Part shown: one piece after another, positions 1-9,500 of the stretch
Numbering within the stretch: the stretch's first letter is position 1
How the letters are laid out: each line of letters begins with the position of its first letter
DNA from: a bacterium
GTDB taxonomy: Bacteria > Acidobacteriota > Blastocatellia > HR10
Direction of reading: 5' to 3'
NCBI GenBank assembly: GCA_041640655.1
Contig: JBEPZV010000006.1
Coordinates: forward strand, 23,000-86,999
Length of the DNA stretch: 64,000 nucleotides
Translations under genes and position numbers: made by a program
Notes under the pieces: generated by a model
Databases searched by the model: none
Seen by the model: only the letters and a program-made list of their open reading frames with translations
What the model was told of the DNA's origin: nothing

Positions 1-1539
1 CTGCGCGTGGGGCGCGACGCTGAGGGGCGTGAGGTCCTGGAGCGCGCTTTCGCTGGCGATCCGTTCAACGTGTGGGTGAAGAACACGCTCGATCTGCTCG
101 ATCGCATGCGAGAGTATCAGGAGACGATCACCGAGCATTTCCTCATCCGCATGGCTCCGCGCGAGAGTCCAGTCTTGGCTCCACTGATGGCCGAGCTGCT
201 CGAGCGGGCGTACGTGCAGCTCACCGAGCGGTATCGGTTTCGTCCTGAAGGGCCGATCATCGTCGAGGTGTTCCCGAACCACGAGGACTTCGCCGTGAGG
301 ACCATTGGGCTGCCGGGCTTGGGGGCGCTCGGCGCGTGCTTCGGGCGTGTGATCGCCATGGATTCGCCGTCAGCGCGCCCGCGCGGGTCGTTCAACTGGG
401 CGAGCACGGCCTGGCACGAATTCGCGCACGTGATCACGTTGCAGGCGACGGCCTATCGGATCCCGCGATGGTTCTCCGAGGGCATCTCCGTCTCCGAGGA
501 GTGGCGGGTGCGAGGGGCACCTGATGCGCTCTTCGAATCGCGGGGGGACTCCGCGGGGTGGGGGGCTCGGTGGACGCTCGAGACCGTGCGCGCCTTCGGC
601 GAGGGGCGATTCGTCCCCCTGCGGCAGTTGGAGGCGGCGTTCCTTCGCCCCTCGTCTCCGCATGCGCTCTCGCTCGCCTATTTCCAGGCGGGACTGATCG
701 TCGAATTCCTCCTGGAGCGGTTCGGCTTCGAGCGCGTGCGACATATGCTCGAGCTGTATCGGCAGGGGGAGCGCACCGAGGGTGTCTTCCAGAAGGCGCT
801 CGGCCTCACGCCGGACGAGCTCGATCGCCTCTTTCGCGAGCGCGTCGTTCAGGAGATCGGACCGTATCTGGCGCGCCTCGATGTATCGTTGCTTCAGCGA
901 TCGGAGGTCTCGGAGGAGGAATTGCGCGAGGTGCTCGCGAGGCAGCCGGAGAATTTCGTCGCGCACCTTCGTCTGGGGCACCTCTATCGAGCGCGGGGGG
1001 ATGCCGCTTCGGCTCTTGTCCATCTGCGCGAGGCTATTCGTCTTTTCCCCTTCGACACGAGACCGGGGAATGCTCGCGAGATGCTCGCGGCGATCCTCGA
1101 GGAGCGCGGCGAGGAGGCTGAGGCCTTGCGGGTGCTGCAGCCGTGGGCGGCTCGCGAGGAGGCGAATCCCGAGCTGCATTGGCGGATCTTGCGCCTGGCG
1201 CTGAAGCTGGGGCGGAAGGGGCATCGGATCCCGTGGGAGGAGATCGCCGGGGGGGCGGTCGAAGCGCTTCTGGCGCTCGCTCCTTTGGATCGCGACGTGC
1301 AGATGCAGGCTGGCGAATTCTATCTGGAACAGGGTCGGCCCGAGCGCGCCGCGCGTGCGTTCTCGGCCGCGCTGCATTTGGATCCGCCCGATCGCGCGGA
1401 GGTCCATTATCAGCTCGCGCGAGCCCTCTTGGCGAAGGGGGCGCCGGATGACGCGCGGCGCGAGGTCTTGCGCGCGTTGGAGATCGCGCCCGGATTTGAG
1501 AAGGCGCTGGCGCTTCTGCTGAAACTCATCGAGAAGTGA
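1..1539 (+). CDS. TPR-containing zinc metallopeptidase (peptidase MA-like), 5' truncated by window edge
   Basis: Frame open from base 1; HEFAH zinc motif followed by PRWFSEG (third ligand Glu); C-terminal TPR-like helical repeats (AEVHYQLARALL). Confidence 0.8.
   Translation: MRVGRDAEGREVLERAFAGDPFNVWVKNTLDLLDRMREYQETITEHFLIRMAPRESPVLAPLMAELLERAYVQLTERYRFRPEGPIIVEVFPNHEDFAVRTIGLPGLGALGACFGRVIAMDSPSARPRGSFNWASTAWHEFAHVITLQATAYRIPRWFSEGISVSEEWRVRGAPDALFESRGDSAGWGARWTLETVRAFGEGRFVPLRQLEAAFLRPSSPHALSLAYFQAGLIVEFLLERFGFERVRHMLELYRQGERTEGVFQKALGLTPDELDRLFRERVVQEIGPYLARLDVSLLQRSEVSEEELREVLARQPENFVAHLRLGHLYRARGDAASALVHLREAIRLFPFDTRPGNAREMLAAILEERGEEAEALRVLQPWAAREEANPELHWRILRLALKLGRKGHRIPWEEIAGGAVEALLALAPLDRDVQMQAGEFYLEQGRPERAARAFSAALHLDPPDRAEVHYQLARALLAKGAPDDARREVLRALEIAPGFEKALALLLKLIEK
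515..553 (+). repeat. Degenerate copy of 39-nt palindromic element, in frame inside peptidase gene
   Basis: GGGCACCTGATGCGCTCTTCGAATCGCGGGGGGACTCCG aligns ungapped with the 6272-6310 copy (30/38 core positions). Confidence 0.7.
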
Positions 1540-1556
1540 AGCGTGGGGAGGTGAAG

Positions 1557-2321
1557 ATGAGGAGATGGGGGGGCCGACGTTCGCTTCGCGCGCGTCTCTG
1601 GATCATCGGGGGCGCGATCTGTCTGCTCATGGGGGGGGCTCCATCGGGGGGCGCGTCTTCGTCGGGTCCTGATTCGGACGCGCCCTCGGATCGGTTCACA
1701 TTCGCGCGCATCCAGTACGGCGGACGGTTCTCCGCGCGCGCGTTCTTCGGAGCCGTGCCGCCGTGGGCGCACGATTATCCGCGCGGTGGACGCCATCTGA
1801 TGAAGATCCTGAGCGAGGTGAGCCTCGTGCGGGTGCATCCCGAGGAGGTGATCCTCCGTTTTGACGATCCTCGAGTGTTCAAATACCCGTTCGCCTATCT
1901 CTGCGAGGTGGGGTTCATGGATTTGAGCGATCGGGAGATCGAGGGCTTGCGGGAGTATCTGCTGCGTGGCGGCTTCCTCATTGTGGACGATTTCCGTGAG
2001 GAGTGGGCGCTGGAGAATCTCCGCGCGCATCTGCGCCGCGCCTTCCCGGAGCTGGAGCTGGAGGAGTTGGATCTCTCTCATCCCATCTTCAACTGCTTCT
2101 TCAGCATTCGGACGCTCGAGGTGACGCCCCCCTATGGCGAGGGCGTGCCCAAGTTCTTCGGCCTCTCGGACACGAAGGGGCGCTTGATGATGATCGTCAA
2201 CTACAACAACGACATCAGCGAATACTGGGAGTGGTCGGATGACCCCTTCGCGCCCATCGAGCAGACGAACGAGGCCTTCAAATTCGGCGTGAATTACGCC
2301 ATCTATGCGCTGACGCATTGA
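1557..2321 (+). CDS. DUF4159-family exported protein
   Basis: N-terminal hydrophobic signal; FTFARIQY, WAHDYP, LREYLLRGGFLIVDDF, GVNYAIYALTH motifs; GGAGG upstream of ATG 1557. Confidence 0.8.
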   Translation: MRRWGGRRSLRARLWIIGGAICLLMGGAPSGGASSSGPDSDAPSDRFTFARIQYGGRFSARAFFGAVPPWAHDYPRGGRHLMKILSEVSLVRVHPEEVILRFDDPRVFKYPFAYLCEVGFMDLSDREIEGLREYLLRGGFLIVDDFREEWALENLRAHLRRAFPELELEELDLSHPIFNCFFSIRTLEVTPPYGEGVPKFFGLSDTKGRLMMIVNYNNDISEYWEWSDDPFAPIEQTNEAFKFGVNYAIYALTH

Positions 2322-2347
2322 TGTTGCGGAGGAAGGAGATCGACGCG

Positions 2348-3376
2348 ATGCTCACCAACAAAGCCATTGATCCCACCCGCGATGAGGAGCTACTGGAGAG
2401 ACTCGTCCGGGCGAAGGCGCAGATCTTGCGAGAGATTCGGAAGGTGATCGTCGGACAGGATGAGGTGATCGAACAGGTGCTCATCTCGCTCTTCGTCGGC
2501 GGGCATTCGATCATCACGGGGGTGCCGGGGCTGGCCAAGACGCTCTTGATCAAGACCATCGCCAACGCCCTCGATCTGAAGTTCAAGCGCATTCAGTTCA
2601 CCCCGGATCTCATGCCGAGCGACATCACGGGGACGGAGGTCATCGAAGAGGATCGGACGACGGGCAAGCGGCATTTTCATTTCGTCCCGGGGCCGATCTT
2701 CGCCAACATCGTCCTGGCGGATGAGATCAATCGGACGCCACCGAAGACGCAGGCGGCGTTGTTGGAGGCCATGCAAGAGGGGGCGGTGACGGTCCAGGGG
2801 GCGACGTACGAGCTGCCGAAGCCCTTCTTCGTGCTGGCCACGCAGAATCCGATCGAGATGGAGGGGACGTATCCGTTGCCGGAGGCGCAACTGGATCGCT
2901 TCATGTTCAATATCCGGATCAGCTACCTGAGCGAAGACGACGAGGTGGAGGTCGTGCGGGCGACGACGGCGCCGCAGGAGGTCGTCGTCGAGCGGCAGAT
3001 CACGGGGCGGGAGATCGTCGAGTTCCAGCGATTGATTCGGCAGGTGCCGGCTGCCGATCCGGTCATCCGCTACGCCGTGCGCCTGGTGGGGGCCAGCCGC
3101 CCCGAGAATGGGACCTTCGATTTCGTGCGCCGCTGGGTCAATTGGGGAGCGAGCCTGCGCGCTTCGCAGTTCCTCATCCTGGGGGGGAAAGCCCGCGCCA
3201 TCTTGAACGGTCGGTACCATGTCTCGTGCGAGGATGTGCGGGCGCTGGCCTATCCCGTCTTGCGCCATCGCATCCTCGTGAACTTCCAGGCGGAATCCGA
3301 AGGTGTGACCTCGGAGGAGATCGTCCGTCGCCTGCTGGAGGCGGTGCCGGAACCGGCATCGGGACTCTCGGTATGA
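2348..3376 (+). CDS. moxR: MoxR-family AAA+ ATPase
   Basis: GVPGLAKT Walker A, RIQFTPDLMPSD, LADEINRTPPKTQAALLEAMQE, ATQNPIEMEGTYPLPEAQLDRF. Start 2348 (SD AAGGAG) or 2321. Confidence 0.95.
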   Translation: MLTNKAIDPTRDEELLERLVRAKAQILREIRKVIVGQDEVIEQVLISLFVGGHSIITGVPGLAKTLLIKTIANALDLKFKRIQFTPDLMPSDITGTEVIEEDRTTGKRHFHFVPGPIFANIVLADEINRTPPKTQAALLEAMQEGAVTVQGATYELPKPFFVLATQNPIEMEGTYPLPEAQLDRFMFNIRISYLSEDDEVEVVRATTAPQEVVVERQITGREIVEFQRLIRQVPAADPVIRYAVRLVGASRPENGTFDFVRRWVNWGASLRASQFLILGGKARAILNGRYHVSCEDVRALAYPVLRHRILVNFQAESEGVTSEEIVRRLLEAVPEPASGLSV

Positions 3377-4302
3377 ATGGCTCGGCTCAGTACGGGGTTC
3401 CCACCGCGGGGCGTCGGTTTCGATTCCTGCGCCCCGAGGTGCTGGCGAAGATCGCCTCGCTGGAGCTTCTGGCGCGCACGGTCGTGGAGGGGTTCCTGGC
3501 CGGTCTGCACCGCTCGCCGCACATTGGCTTCAGCATGGATTTCGCGGAATATCGCCCGTACATGCCCGGTGACGATCTGCGCTATCTCGACTGGAAGGTG
3601 TTGGCGCGGACCGATCGCGCCTACATCAAGAAGTTCCGTGGCGACACGAACACGCGCTTGTATGTGCTGCTGGATGTGAGCGCCTCGATGACCTATCGGC
3701 TCCCGCCGGCGATCGAGAAGCGGGAATATGCATGCTATCTGGCGGCTTCGCTCGCGTATCTGGCGACGCGACAGAACGACGCCGTCGGGGTGATCACCTT
3801 TGATCGCGGAATCGTGGACTATATTCCCGCGCGATTGCGTCCGGGCCAACTTCATCGGATCTTGAGCGCGTTGGAGCGGATGAAGCCGGGCGGGACTTCC
3901 GCGATCTCCGAGGCCCTGCGGCGCATCGCCGAACGCCTGCGGCGACGCGGCCTCGTCGTGCTGCTCTCGGACCTGTACGAGCCGCTGGAGACGCTCGGCC
4001 CCGCCCTGCGGCTCTTTCGTGCTCATGGGCAGGACCTCATCGTCTTTCAGATTCTGGACGAATCGGAAGTGGAGTTTCCGTTCACCGAGGCCGCGCGCTT
4101 TGTCGACGTAGAGACGGGAGAAGACGTGCCCGTGGCTCCCGAAGCGCTTCGGGCCAGCTATCGCGAGGCTGTGCGTCGGCATCTGGACGAGATCGAGCGC
4201 TTCTGTCGCGCGCACGGGATCGGGTATCAGCGGATGTTCACGAGGCAGCCGCTCGATGAGGCGCTCTTGGCTTACCTCGGGCGGCGGGCTCGCTGGCCGT
4301 AA
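3373..4302 (+). CDS. DUF58 / vWA-like MoxR partner
   Basis: GLHRSPHIGFSMDFAEYRPYMPGDDLRYLDWK, LDVSASM, VLLSDL; ATGA overlap with moxR stop. Confidence 0.92.
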   Translation: MNGSAQYGVPTAGRRFRFLRPEVLAKIASLELLARTVVEGFLAGLHRSPHIGFSMDFAEYRPYMPGDDLRYLDWKVLARTDRAYIKKFRGDTNTRLYVLLDVSASMTYRLPPAIEKREYACYLAASLAYLATRQNDAVGVITFDRGIVDYIPARLRPGQLHRILSALERMKPGGTSAISEALRRIAERLRRRGLVVLLSDLYEPLETLGPALRLFRAHGQDLIVFQILDESEVEFPFTEAARFVDVETGEDVPVAPEALRASYREAVRRHLDEIERFCRAHGIGYQRMFTRQPLDEALLAYLGRRARWP

Positions 4303-4318
4303 GGGGGGAGGACGCGCC

Positions 4319-6562
4319 ATGTCGTTTCTGAGTCCGTGGTTCTTGCTCGGCGCGCTCGCGCTCCTTGTGCCCGTGCTCATTCATCTGAGGCGGCGGGAGC
4401 CTCAGCAACGCGTCCCGTTCGCATCGGTCTTGTTTCTGCGCCGATTGCCTGGGCCCATCCATCGGCGCCGGCGCCTGCGGTATTGGCTGCTCTTTCTGCT
4501 GCGCTCGGGGGCATTGCTGCTGCTCGTTCTGGCGTTCGCGCGTCCGTATTGGCGCGGTCATGGAGCGGGGGAGTTGTCCGGGACGGCGCTCGTCGTGCTG
4601 CTGGACTGCTCGTTCAGCATGCGCTATGGGGCGCGCTTCGCGCGGGCGCAGGAGAGGGCCGAGGAGGTTCTGGCGCGCGCTCCTGATGGGGCCCGCGTAG
4701 GCGTGATCGGGTTCTCCACGACCGCGGAGGTCCGCGTGCCACTGGGACGTGATCGAGAGGTGGCGCGCGCGGCCGTGCGGGCGCTGCGCCCGACGTTTCG
4801 CGCGACCGATTATGCGCGCGGGCTGCAGGCGGCGCTCGCGCTTCTGGAGAATGCCGAGGAGGGGGAGAAGATCATCTACCTCATCTCGGATTTCCATCGT
4901 TCGGAACAGCGAGTGAGTGGGGGGGATCCCGGGTGGCGTCTCCCTCGCGGCGTGCGTGTGGTGCCGATTTCGGTCGCCTCTGAGGTGGGTGAGAACCGCG
5001 CCATCGTGGACGTGCGCGTGCTCTCGGGCGCGGCGCAGTCGGGACGTGGAGCCCCGTGGCGCCTCCTTGTGCGTGTGGGGAACTTTCAGAGCGCGAGGGC
5101 GCGCATGGGGATTCGCCTCTCGGTCAATGATCGGCTCGTTCAAGGGAAGGCGATCGAGCTGGATCCGGATGCCGTCGCGACGGTCGAATTCGCCGACGTC
5201 CCCCTCGATCCGGGGGACAATCGGGTTCGTCTCGAAGCGGATCCCGATCGGCTGCCCGAGGACGATCGCTTCTTCCTCGTCCTGCGGCGCGAGCTGCCGA
5301 AGCCGGTGCTCATCCTGGAGGGCTCGCGAGCGCGCGCGCCGTCGCAGCGGGCGAGCTTCTACGTGCAGCAAGCACTTCTGGCCGATGATGCTCTCGGCCC
5401 GGAGCGGGTCGTCGTGCGAACCGTCGCGGAGGCCAGGGAGGGGAACCCCGTGGCGGAAGTCGCGGAGGCGGAGGCGGTGGTGGTCGTGGATCCCATCGCC
5501 CTTGACGCGAGGTGGGCGACGGCCCTTCGCCGGTTCGTCACAGAAGGTGGAGGGGCGATTCTGGCGCTTGGTCCTCAGACGGAGGCGCGCGCGTTCAATG
5601 CGGCGTTCGGATCATGGCTGGGCGTGCGTGTGGAGGAGCCGGGAGGTTCCCTGAGAGAGCCCGCGTTGCTCGCGGAGATCGCGACCGAGCATCCGATCTT
5701 TCGTCCCTTTGCGGATCCGCGGCGGGCGAATTTCTCCCGCGTGCGATTCTCCGGATATGCCGGGTTGGTGCTCGATGAGACGGGAGGGAGCGCGCCTTCT
5801 TCGGCGATCCTCGTTCTGGCGCGGTTTTCAGATGGGCGACCGGCCATTGTGGAGATCACGCGCGGGCGGGGGAAGGTGATTTTGCTCGCCTTCGGTCTCG
5901 ATGCGCGTTGGAGCACGCTCCCGCTCACGCCGCTGTATGCTCCACTGCTGCATCAAATGCTCGGGGCGGTGAGACGACCCTCACCGCCGCCCTTTTTCCG
6001 CGTGGGGGAGAGCATCGCCGTGGAGGGGGAGGAGTTCACCGCGTCGGTCATCGTGCGAGCGCCCGATGGAGAACGTCTGCGGCTCGATGAGGTGGGGGGG
6101 ACCTGGGGATTCACTCCGGAGCGCGTGGGCTTTTATCACCTGCGGCGTCTGCGTGGGGAGGAGCCTATCGCGGTCAACGTCGAGGCGGGAGAGTCGGACG
6201 TGCGACCCATGGAGGGGGCGGAGCTGGACCACTTCCTGGCCTCCCTGGGCGGGCGGGAATCAGGGCTGCGTGGGCACCCCACGCGATCTTCGGATCGCAT
6301 GGGGACCCCGAGTGACTCTACCCTGAATGCCAGCGGTGGGCGCGCGACGGATGCGGGGGCATCCCAGGGGGATCTCGTGGCGGCGGAGCGAAGCCGGGCG
6401 TGGCGCGCGTTGCTGCTGGCTGCCATGCTGCTGCTTCTCTCGGAAGCCATCCTGGCCGAGCGCGCTCCTGGCAGGCACCCCACGCGATCCGAAGATCGCA
6501 TGGGGATCCCGAGACGGCGTCGTCCGATCGGCGCCTCTGTGCAAGAGGAAGGGAGGAGGTGA
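4319..6562 (+). CDS. BatA N-terminal domain + vWA membrane protein
   Basis: MSFLSPWFLLGALALLVPVLIHL..LLRxxALLLLVLAFARP (BatA); MIDAS-like DCSFS and LISDF; C-terminal TM segment. Confidence 0.88.
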   Translation: MSFLSPWFLLGALALLVPVLIHLRRREPQQRVPFASVLFLRRLPGPIHRRRRLRYWLLFLLRSGALLLLVLAFARPYWRGHGAGELSGTALVVLLDCSFSMRYGARFARAQERAEEVLARAPDGARVGVIGFSTTAEVRVPLGRDREVARAAVRALRPTFRATDYARGLQAALALLENAEEGEKIIYLISDFHRSEQRVSGGDPGWRLPRGVRVVPISVASEVGENRAIVDVRVLSGAAQSGRGAPWRLLVRVGNFQSARARMGIRLSVNDRLVQGKAIELDPDAVATVEFADVPLDPGDNRVRLEADPDRLPEDDRFFLVLRRELPKPVLILEGSRARAPSQRASFYVQQALLADDALGPERVVVRTVAEAREGNPVAEVAEAEAVVVVDPIALDARWATALRRFVTEGGGAILALGPQTEARAFNAAFGSWLGVRVEEPGGSLREPALLAEIATEHPIFRPFADPRRANFSRVRFSGYAGLVLDETGGSAPSSAILVLARFSDGRPAIVEITRGRGKVILLAFGLDARWSTLPLTPLYAPLLHQMLGAVRRPSPPPFFRVGESIAVEGEEFTASVIVRAPDGERLRLDEVGGTWGFTPERVGFYHLRRLRGEEPIAVNVEAGESDVRPMEGAELDHFLASLGGRESGLRGHPTRSSDRMGTPSDSTLNASGGRATDAGASQGDLVAAERSRAWRALLLAAMLLLLSEAILAERAPGRHPTRSEDRMGIPRRRRPIGASVQEEGRR
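6272..6310 (+). repeat. 39-nt palindromic element (best copy)
   Basis: GGGCACCCCACGCGATC-TTCG-GATCGCATGGGGACCCCG; near-perfect hairpin with a C(UUCG)G loop. Confidence 0.85.
6473..6511 (+). repeat. 39-nt palindromic element, loop inverted (CGAA)
   Basis: AGGCACCCCACGCGATC-CGAA-GATCGCATGGGGATCCCG; arms differ from the 6272 copy at 2 positions. Confidence 0.85.
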
Positions 6563-9500
6563 TGACGATGCATTCGTCGGAGGAACTGCTGGATCTCGTT
6601 CGTCGCCTGCGTCGGCGCTGGATGTGGGGACATCTGCTTGAGCGCGCGGCTTATGGGGCGTTGGTGGTTCTCGGGTGGATGGTTCTGGCGGGGATCGTGA
6701 CCGCGCGCGCACCCATGGCGTCGGGGACGATGATGGTCCTTCGCGTGGGCACGCTCGTTGTTCTTCTCGGGGCGGCATACGTGTGCGTCTTTCGACCGCT
6801 GCGTCGGCGTCCCGATGAGGTGACCTTCGCGCGCTTCATCGAGGAGCGCGAGCCGCGGCTGGAGGATCGGCTGGTGACTGCCGTCGAGATTCTCGCTCCA
6901 TCGAGAGCGACTGCGGCGGGGACGGTCGTCTCTTCGGGCGAACGTGCCGGCGGTTTCTCTCCGGTGATCGTTCGGCGGTTGATCACCGACGCTCTCGCGC
7001 AGTGTTCGACGGTGAGCCGGGAGAGTGTGCTGCCGACGCGCGTCTTGCGCCTTCGAGCGATCTTGGCAATCGCCCCTGTCGTTCTCTTTGGAGCGTTGGT
7101 GTTGCTTGGTCCGGGATCGTTGCGCATGGGTTGGCAGCGGCTCTATTGGCCGTGGGGGATCGCCGCGCCGCCCCATGTCGCGATTCGCGTGCATCCGGGA
7201 GATACGCGCGTTCCCCGCGGCCTGGATCAGGTCGTGACGGCCACGCTGCACAACTTCGAGGCGGAATCGGCGCGTCTGGTCTTTCGACCGCGCGGGGAAT
7301 CGAACTGGCAGGCACACGCGATGCAGCGCGTGGAGCCTCGAACCTTTCGGTTCCTCTTCTCCGACCTCCAGCGGACGGTCGAATACTACGTGGAAGCCCG
7401 CGCGGTTCGTTCTCCTGCGTTCCGGATCGAAGTCGTGGACTGGCCGCGGGTGAGTCGGCTGGAGGTGATCTACACCTATCCGGCGTACACGGGGCACGCG
7501 CCGCGAAAGGTGGATGACGGAGGGGAGATCACGGCGGTGAAGGGGACGCGCGTGACGGTGATCGCCCATCTGAATGGGCGCGTGCGCGAGGCGCGGTTGG
7601 TCTTCGATGATGGGACCTCGGTGGCGATGCAGGCGCTCCACGGGGACCCCGAAGCGCCTGAGGGGGAGGCGCGCTTCACTGCGCAGATCGTCATCCGGAG
7701 AGATGCCCGCTACCACGTTCGCGTGCGGCCATTTGTGGGGGAGGAATATGCGGCCTCGCGCGAGTACACCATCACGGCGCTTGAGGACGCGCCGCCGACG
7801 ATCGTCATCGAGAAGCCGGGGCGCGATCTGAAGGTGACGGCCATTCAGGAAGTGTTCACCGAGGCGCGCGTCGAGGATGACTATGGCATCGCCCTGGTGG
7901 AATTGCGCTACTCGATCAATGGTGAACCCGAACAGACGGTCATCCTTCACCGCGCGGGTACCCCCCGAGGGTCGGGGGCGCCTGTTCGGGTGATCACAGG
8001 CTCGCATACGTTCTTCCTGGAGGAGCTGAATCTGAAGCCCGGCGATGTGATTAGCTACTACGTCAAGGCGCGCGATACGAACACGGTGACCGGACCCGGC
8101 GAAGCGACGAGCGACATCTACTTCCTTGAAGTGCGTCCCTTCGATCGGCGATTCCGTCAGGCGCAGCAGGCGCCGACCGGTCAGGGGGCGGAGGAGCACG
8201 AGGGCGCCTTCGCCGAGCGGCAGAAAGAGATCATCGCCGCCACGTGGCGCGTCCTTCGGGAGAAGGATCGCGTCCCGGGCGAGGAGTTTCGAGCGAACGT
8301 GAATACGCTCGAGTTGGCGCAGACCAAGCTGCGCGAGGACGTGCAAGCGGTCGTGGACCGCATGTGGCGGCGATTGGGCGAGAGCCTGGAGGAGATGGAG
8401 GATTTCAAGAAGCTCTTCGAGGCGTTGAGCGCTGCCGTTCGGGAGATGGAGCGCGCCGCGGACGAGCTGCGGGCGCGCCGGTTGAGAGAGGCCTTGCCCT
8501 TCGAGCAGCGCGCGTATCAGCAACTGCTTCGCGCCGATGCGGTCTTTCGAGAGGTTCAAGTCGCTCTCGCCAATCGGGCCGAGAGTGGGGGGAGCGCGCG
8601 GGCTCAAGATTTGGCCGATCTGTTCGAGCTGGAGCTGGACAAGATGCAGAATCAGTACGAGACGATTCAGCGCGATCGCGGTCGGGCGCGCGATCGGCAG
8701 TTGGAGGAGGTGGAGCGCCGACTCCGGGAGTTAGCTGAGCGGCAGCAACGGCTCTTGGAGCAGAGCTTGCGACAAGGCGCCGCGCGGGCACCCCGTGGGG
8801 ACCCAGGGCGCTCGGGCGAGGACGGGCGCCTGGCCCAAGAGGTGCGTGAGTTGGCTCGACGCCTGGAGCGGTTGACGCGGGAGCGACCGCTGTCGGAATT
8901 GGATCGGGTGCGCCAGCAACTGGAGCGAGCCGCGCGCGAGCTGCAGCGCGCGCGCGGCGCTTCGACCGAGGGCGAGGCTGCTGCTCATCGGCAACAAGCT
9001 CTGGAGCATATGCGGACGGCGCAGCGTCAGCTCCAGTTGGCGCAACGTTCGCAGCTTGGAGAGGACGTCGCTCGGTTGCGCGAACAGGCGCGCCAAGCGC
9101 ACGAGCAGCAGGAGCGCATCGCGCGCGAGGTCGAACGTCTGGCGCGGGAAGCCGGACGGGCGACCGATGTGCTCCGGGAGCGAAAATCGGCGCTCGCCGA
9201 GGAGGTGGCGCGTTTGAGGGAGCGCATCGAGGATGCGGCGCGACGAGCCCGTCAAGAGAATAACGCGCGCGCGGCCGGGAGCCTCTCTGCGGCTGCCGAG
9301 ACCATTCGGCGTCAACGCCTTCCGGAACGGATCGCGCAGGGGAATCGCTGGCTTGAGAACCGATGGCTCGACCGTGCCACTTCGGAGGAGCGCGCCATCG
9401 GACGCGCTTTGGATGAGGTCGTTCGTCATTTGAACGAAGCCGCGCGGGATGTGAGATCGCGCCAATCGGGAGATCACGTGGCCGAAGCGTTGGATCGCGC

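Noticed and set aside
6272..6511. Palindromic repeats as a CRISPR array
   Set aside because: Irregular spacing, located inside ORFs, and no cas genes or leader.
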